Shown here in pieces: positions 59,930 through 64,000 of a stretch of DNA of 64,000 nucleotides; positions within the stretch are counted from its first letter, which is position 1; the number at the start of each line of letters is the position of its first letter. The position numbers and the translations under genes are program-made. Under the pieces are notes generated by a model, which worked only from the letters and a program-made list of their open reading frames with translations, ran no database searches and was not told the DNA's origin. The stretch spans positions 46,251 to 110,250 of the forward strand of contig CBEUCJ010000005.1 in NCBI GenBank assembly GCA_965541615.1, given 5' to 3'. The DNA comes from an uncultured bacterium (lineage in GTDB: Bacteria > Omnitrophota > Gorgyraeia > Duberdicusellales > CBEUCJ01).

Positions 59930-60280
59930 TTAAATTTTCCCTAAGATCATAATAGAGACTATTAATCCATATATAGCTATACCTTCTGCTAATCCTACAT
60001 ATATAAGAGACCTTCCCATCAATTCTGGTCTTTCAGCTACAGCTCCCATAGCAGCAGAACCTACAACAGAGACTGCGATTCCAGCTCCTATACAAGAAAG
60101 TCCTACAGAGATTGAAGCTGCCAAAAATCCCCATCCAGCTATTTTAGCTTTATATTGGATTTGAGATTCTTGAGCAAAAGAGTTTTGTAGGGTGATTAAA
60201 AACACTCCTATTATTAAAAAAACGACTGCCAAACCTAATAAAATAAAATTAAACTTTCGCAGATATTTTTTAAATTTCAT
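59930..60280 (-). CDS. V/A-type ATPase proteolipid subunit K/c (single hairpin with N-terminal leader)
   Basis: GAGIAV, AERPE, GLAEGIAIYGL containing the ion-binding Glu. Confidence 0.93.
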   Translation of the reverse strand: MKFKKYLRKFNFILLGLAVVFLIIGVFLITLQNSFAQESQIQYKAKIAGWGFLAASISVGLSCIGAGIAVSVVGSAAMGAVAERPELMGRSLIYVGLAEGIAIYGLIVSIMILGKI

Positions 60281-62172
60281 GCTGACCTCCTTTCTTTTAA
60301 AGGTTTAAACTCTCTTCCATCTAAATGAAAAAATTTTGAAAAGAATTCATAAAATTCCAATCTCAATGTTTGAATGAAAACGATCAAACCTTCTAATAAT
60401 ATCACTCCTATATTTCCCTCAACTATTAATGTTTCTTTTAGACCTGGTAATTTAGAAAGTGAATCAGCTACCAAATAAACAGACATTCCTAAAGCTGCGT
60501 GTGTGAGACCAAAAGCAGCTACTCTCACAAAGGAGATAGTGTTAGTAAGCAGACCCAAAATAACCTCAATGGGTTTTGAGACGACGATACTTAAATCTTT
60601 TGTTTTTCTAAAAAATAACAGGTCTCCAAACGTAATTAAAAATAAAGGAACTGCCAAAATAAAAATGATTAAAACCAGGTTTAGCTGAACACTTTCAAAT
60701 CTTAAAGCTGAGATTAAAAAATAAAGTGAAAGCCAATAAAAAACAATGCTAAAAATACCCCATTCTTCAAATAGAACTCTTCTTATATCTTTTTGCCAGA
60801 TTCTTTGAATGATATTTAAAATTATACCTAAACTAATCATAACTATTCCAATGAGTATACCTAAATTTAAAAACCTCTGAGGTTCTCTAAATGGAGAAAA
60901 CCAAACAGGTTTTATTATGTCTTCTTTTCCAAAAAAGCTTCCAAAAAGGATTCCAAATGTCGCTGAAGAGATACCTACTAATTGCATTATCTTTGCAAAA
61001 TCTCTTAGAGTTTTAAATAAAAAAAGAACTAAGCCTATTAAAAAAAGAACTAAGCCATGACCTAAATCTGCAAACATAATTCCAAACATTATTAGAAAAC
61101 TTAAAGCCATAAAGATCGTAGGGTCTATGTGTTTATAGGCAGGTATTCCATAGAATTTGAGGATCTTTTCAAAAGGTTTAAAAAATTTATGGTCTAAATA
61201 AGAAGGTATATCTTGATACCCTAAACCTTTTTTTATTAAAATCTCTGGTCTCTCTGTTTGAATCTCTACAAAAGGTATACTCTTTAAAGAATGTATTAAA
61301 TCTTTCATCTTACTTTCAGGAGTCCATCCTACAATAATGTAGCCTGATCTTGAAGAAAGAAATCTACTCATTGCTCTATAGAGCTTTTCATTCTCTTCTA
61401 AATTGAACAAATAAAATTTAAGTTTATCTTTAGACTTTTCTTTAATCTCTTTTAACTTCAGTTTCAAATCTACAACTTCCTCTTTCATGCTCCACAGTTC
61501 TAATTCCATTTTATCTAAATCTGGCTTTAAATCTTTCTCAAAGAATACATTTATCTCCTCAAATCTCAAAGCTTCTAAGTTTTTTATTAACTCAGATTCT
61601 TTTTCTTTTAATCCTATACAGAATATAAAAGTCTTATCTTTAAAGGTACCTTTAAATTCAAAAACAAAATCTTTTAATAACTTACTACAGATCTTTACAG
61701 AATCTGAAGGAATGAGTCCTATTTTGAGGACGATATTTTTAAACTCTTTAAAATAATCTAAATCTAAACCTGTATTTTCAATTAAACTTAATACTCTGCA
61801 AAGCTTTTCTCGTTCTTCTATTTTGGCTTGAATATCTTTGAGTTTAAAAAGAACTGATTCTAATTCTCTTTCTATATTCTTTACCTCTTCTTCTATCTCC
61901 TGAACGAATCTCAAAGAAATTGAAAAAGAAGATCTATTTTTATAAACAGCAGAAATCCCTAACTCTCTCATAATTCTTTTTATTCTTTCTTTTATATCTT
62001 GGCATTTAAATAAAATCTCTTTTAAATCTAAATAGTCATAATCAGTCTCCATAAAGTTTTGAGCTCTCTCTATCTCTATGAATCCAAAATCATAAAGCTT
62101 CTTAGATACAGATTCTAAATGCTCTTTTAAAAAAAATATCTTCACTAGTCTCATATCTAATGGTCTAAACAT
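60277..62172 (-). CDS. V/A-type ATPase subunit I/a
   Basis: YGIP.Y..IDPT, FGIMFADLGHG, NTISFVR, LRLEFYEFFSKF. Confidence 0.94.
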   Translation of the reverse strand: MFRPLDMRLVKIFFLKEHLESVSKKLYDFGFIEIERAQNFMETDYDYLDLKEILFKCQDIKERIKRIMRELGISAVYKNRSSFSISLRFVQEIEEEVKNIERELESVLFKLKDIQAKIEEREKLCRVLSLIENTGLDLDYFKEFKNIVLKIGLIPSDSVKICSKLLKDFVFEFKGTFKDKTFIFCIGLKEKESELIKNLEALRFEEINVFFEKDLKPDLDKMELELWSMKEEVVDLKLKLKEIKEKSKDKLKFYLFNLEENEKLYRAMSRFLSSRSGYIIVGWTPESKMKDLIHSLKSIPFVEIQTERPEILIKKGLGYQDIPSYLDHKFFKPFEKILKFYGIPAYKHIDPTIFMALSFLIMFGIMFADLGHGLVLFLIGLVLFLFKTLRDFAKIMQLVGISSATFGILFGSFFGKEDIIKPVWFSPFREPQRFLNLGILIGIVMISLGIILNIIQRIWQKDIRRVLFEEWGIFSIVFYWLSLYFLISALRFESVQLNLVLIIFILAVPLFLITFGDLLFFRKTKDLSIVVSKPIEVILGLLTNTISFVRVAAFGLTHAALGMSVYLVADSLSKLPGLKETLIVEGNIGVILLEGLIVFIQTLRLEFYEFFSKFFHLDGREFKPLKERRSA

Positions 62173-62174
62173 AA

Positions 62175-63113
62175 CTAACTCTGTTTACTATTTAAAATAA
62201 ATATTAATCTCTCTAAAAAGTATTTTTGTTTTAAAGCATACATTAAAAATGGAACTGAACAAAATAAATTCAATTCTCTTTTTTTCAAAAAATTTGAAAA
62301 GAAATACTCTTTTAAATCTCTTTCAAAATCTGAACTCTCAAAGATCTTTTCTTTAAAATTCTCTTCTATTAAATTCAAAGCTTCATCTAAATTAACGACT
62401 TCTAATATTTTTGAGAGTATCTTTTCATTTAGAATTTGAGAAAAAAATTTGTAGATTTGAGCTTTATCTCTATTTTGAAAAAACTTAAACCTCAAAGCCC
62501 ATATCAAAGACATAAAATCTACGTAGTTCTCTAAGATAAAACTTCCCTTATCTCTTAAAAAATTTGCTACTTCTTTTAAAAATCTTAAGAATCTAATATC
62601 TAAATGCACCTCAAAGAAAAAGATATCTTTGTAATGTTGAAAAGCTTTAAAAGCCTCTTCAAAAATCTCTTTTAAAAATTGAGTCTTTTTTAGAAAATGC
62701 TCTATATCTTTATAAGTTGAAATTTGAGAAGGAAATCTTTTAAAAATTAAGAAAGGAATTCCAAAATAAAAAATACTCTTTACTTCTTCTAAAGATAAAT
62801 TGTAATAAATACTCCTCATCAATAATTTAAGATTGAAAATCTCATATTCAAAAAGTAAACTCTTCAAAGCTAAAAAAGCCTTTCCTTTCAAAAATCTTAA
62901 AAGTTTAGTTATTCTTTTTATATACCCTAAATTTAAAGAATGTTCTAATTCTAAAAGAGTAGAGGGTAATTTATTTTCTGGAAGATAGAATTTGAGAATT
63001 TCTGTGCAAGTCTTTATATCTTTATCTTTTACTTTATTCAAATGCTCTTCTTTGAGAGATTTACTCTTTAAAGCTCCTAATAGACCTACTGCTCCTGAAT
63101 AATTAAATATCAT
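62175..63113 (-). CDS. V/A-type ATPase subunit C/d (divergent)
   Basis: Position in the operon, size, YEIFNLKLLMR motif. Confidence 0.72.
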   Translation of the reverse strand: MIFNYSGAVGLLGALKSKSLKEEHLNKVKDKDIKTCTEILKFYLPENKLPSTLLELEHSLNLGYIKRITKLLRFLKGKAFLALKSLLFEYEIFNLKLLMRSIYYNLSLEEVKSIFYFGIPFLIFKRFPSQISTYKDIEHFLKKTQFLKEIFEEAFKAFQHYKDIFFFEVHLDIRFLRFLKEVANFLRDKGSFILENYVDFMSLIWALRFKFFQNRDKAQIYKFFSQILNEKILSKILEVVNLDEALNLIEENFKEKIFESSDFERDLKEYFFSNFLKKRELNLFCSVPFLMYALKQKYFLERLIFILNSKQS

Positions 63114-63418
63114 AAACCAAGAATTTTATTCTTAATTAAATTCTTTATCTTTACTTTCTCCTTTTGAATCTTTTCTCTGAACTCTTTAAGAGTTTTTTTT
63201 AATGCTTCTTCTTTCTGCTTTCTTAAACTATCTATTTCTCTTTCTAACTCCTTTAACTTTCTCTCTCTATACTCAGATATTTCTTTTGATACACTTTCTA
63301 AAATATTTTCAGCTTTCTTTTGAGCTTCTTTTATTATCTTCTGCGAATCTGATTCTGCTTTCTTTAACTTATCGACTAAATTTTTTTCTAATCTCAAAAT
63401 CTCTTCAATCTCTCCCAT
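63110..63418 (-). CDS. V/A-type ATPase peripheral stalk subunit G/H
   Basis: 102-aa E/K/A coiled coil (AESDSQKIIKEAQKKAENILE) near the operon head; SD AAGGAG. Confidence 0.75.
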   Translation of the reverse strand: MGEIEEILRLEKNLVDKLKKAESDSQKIIKEAQKKAENILESVSKEISEYRERKLKELEREIDSLRKQKEEALKKTLKEFREKIQKEKVKIKNLIKNKILGL

Positions 63419-63423
63419 ACTCC

Positions 63424-63531
63424 TTATTTTTTAAATTTTTTTATCTCATAAAAAAATACATATCCTATTACTAAAAGTATTAAAATCCTAAAAATTAAAT
63501 ACACAATGCCTATCAATAAGTTAGCATCCAT
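63424..63531 (-). CDS. Unannotated 35-aa single-TM peptide at the head of the ATPase operon
   Basis: MDANLLIGIVYLIFRILILLVIGYVFFYEIKKFKK*; its TAA overlaps the SD of subunit G (TAAGGAGTATG); TGA-TATAAT lies 8 nt upstream of its ATG. Confidence 0.6.
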   Translation of the reverse strand: MDANLLIGIVYLIFRILILLVIGYVFFYEIKKFKK

Positions 63532-63539
63532 TAATTAAA

Positions 63540-63548
63540 ATTATATCA
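63540..63548 (-). promoter_or_regulatory. Extended -10 promoter for the ATPase operon
   Basis: TGaTATAAT 8 nt before the ATG at 63531; no clear -35. Confidence 0.55.
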
Positions 63549-63568
63549 CCACTGATATGAATAAAAAA

Positions 63569-64000
63569 TTATTTAATATGATAATCTTCTTTTACATTTT
63601 TCTCTACACACAAAAATTTACAGAACTTCTTAAAATCAGATTGAAAAATTAAATTACCTTCTTCTTTTTTAAACTCATCTAAAAAAATTTTACCTGCAGT
63701 TATAAAATCTTTAAGATCATAAGCTTTAATTTTTAAAAGAGCTTTTAAATTTATTGTAGTCTCTGAAATCAAAAAATCATTTTCTTCTTTTAATTTTAAA
63801 ATTTCTAATTCCTCTTTTTTGGTGCGTGGTATTATGAGTTTAGTGTTATGTGATATTCTGAAATGCTTTCCAAATTTTAATAATTCTAAATCTTTTAAAG
63901 AAAAATCAGATTCATGATTTAAAAGATCTCTAAGTCTTTGAGAAAAAGAAGGTTGTGTAAGTAAACAGCCTCCTGCAGGACTGGTAAAATCTTTTAAAAA
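63569..64000 (-). CDS. C-terminal part of an MnmA/ThiI-like tRNA thiolation-family protein; 5' end outside the window
   Basis: Frame is open from 64000: FLKDFTSPAGGCLLTQPSFSQRLRDLLNH...LELLKFGKHFRI...KLIIPRTKKEELE, continuing into the 63569-63772 ORF; PAGGCLLT signature. Confidence 0.75.
   Translation of the reverse strand, partial: FLKDFTSPAGGCLLTQPSFSQRLRDLLNHESDFSLKDLELLKFGKHFRISHNTKLIIPRTKKEELEILKLKEENDFLISETTINLKALLKIKAYDLKDFITAGKIFLDEFKKEEGNLIFQSDFKKFCKFLCVEKNVKEDYHIK

Noticed and set aside
63569-64000. Apparent separate 67-aa ORF, or a frameshift, at the right edge
   Set aside because: The frame is open continuously from 64000 to the stop at 63569, so it is the C-terminus of a gene starting outside the window.

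Overview
An AT-rich (roughly 28-30% GC by eye), very gene-dense chromosomal window from an anaerobic, LPS-producing and probably thermophilic bacterium. Evidence: reverse gyrase, four-subunit pyruvate:ferredoxin oxidoreductase, V/A-type ATPase, Kdo/lipid A genes and Lys/Glu-rich proteins. An Omnitrophota-like lineage is my unverified guess. Nearly all genes are on the minus strand and overlap or abut; only a SurA/PpiD-like gene and a GH94 phosphorylase are on plus. The content is mostly housekeeping: three tRNAs (His, Arg, Pro), rdgB-rph, fumarate hydratase, queDCE, murI, purC, rplM-rpsI, POR, a ~16 kb Kdo/LPS-core locus, dprA-topA-xerC, KtrAB, rlmN, rgy, mgtE and a full V/A-ATPase operon. I saw no CRISPR array, rRNA or transposase. 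The best candidates for new biology are: (1) a four-gene surface cluster at the left edge (Tyr-rich secreted repeat protein, lipoprotein, membrane coiled-coil protein, Cys-rich type IV pilin) in which otherwise unrelated proteins share a GYxYDPxxGxIIP motif; (2) near-leaderless promoters at eight operon heads; (3) an unannotated 35-aa membrane peptide and a USP bracketing the ATPase operon; (4) an output-less TM-HAMP-PAS protein coupled to ktrBA; (5) LpxL-ELM1 and GT4-GT9 fusions in the LPS locus.
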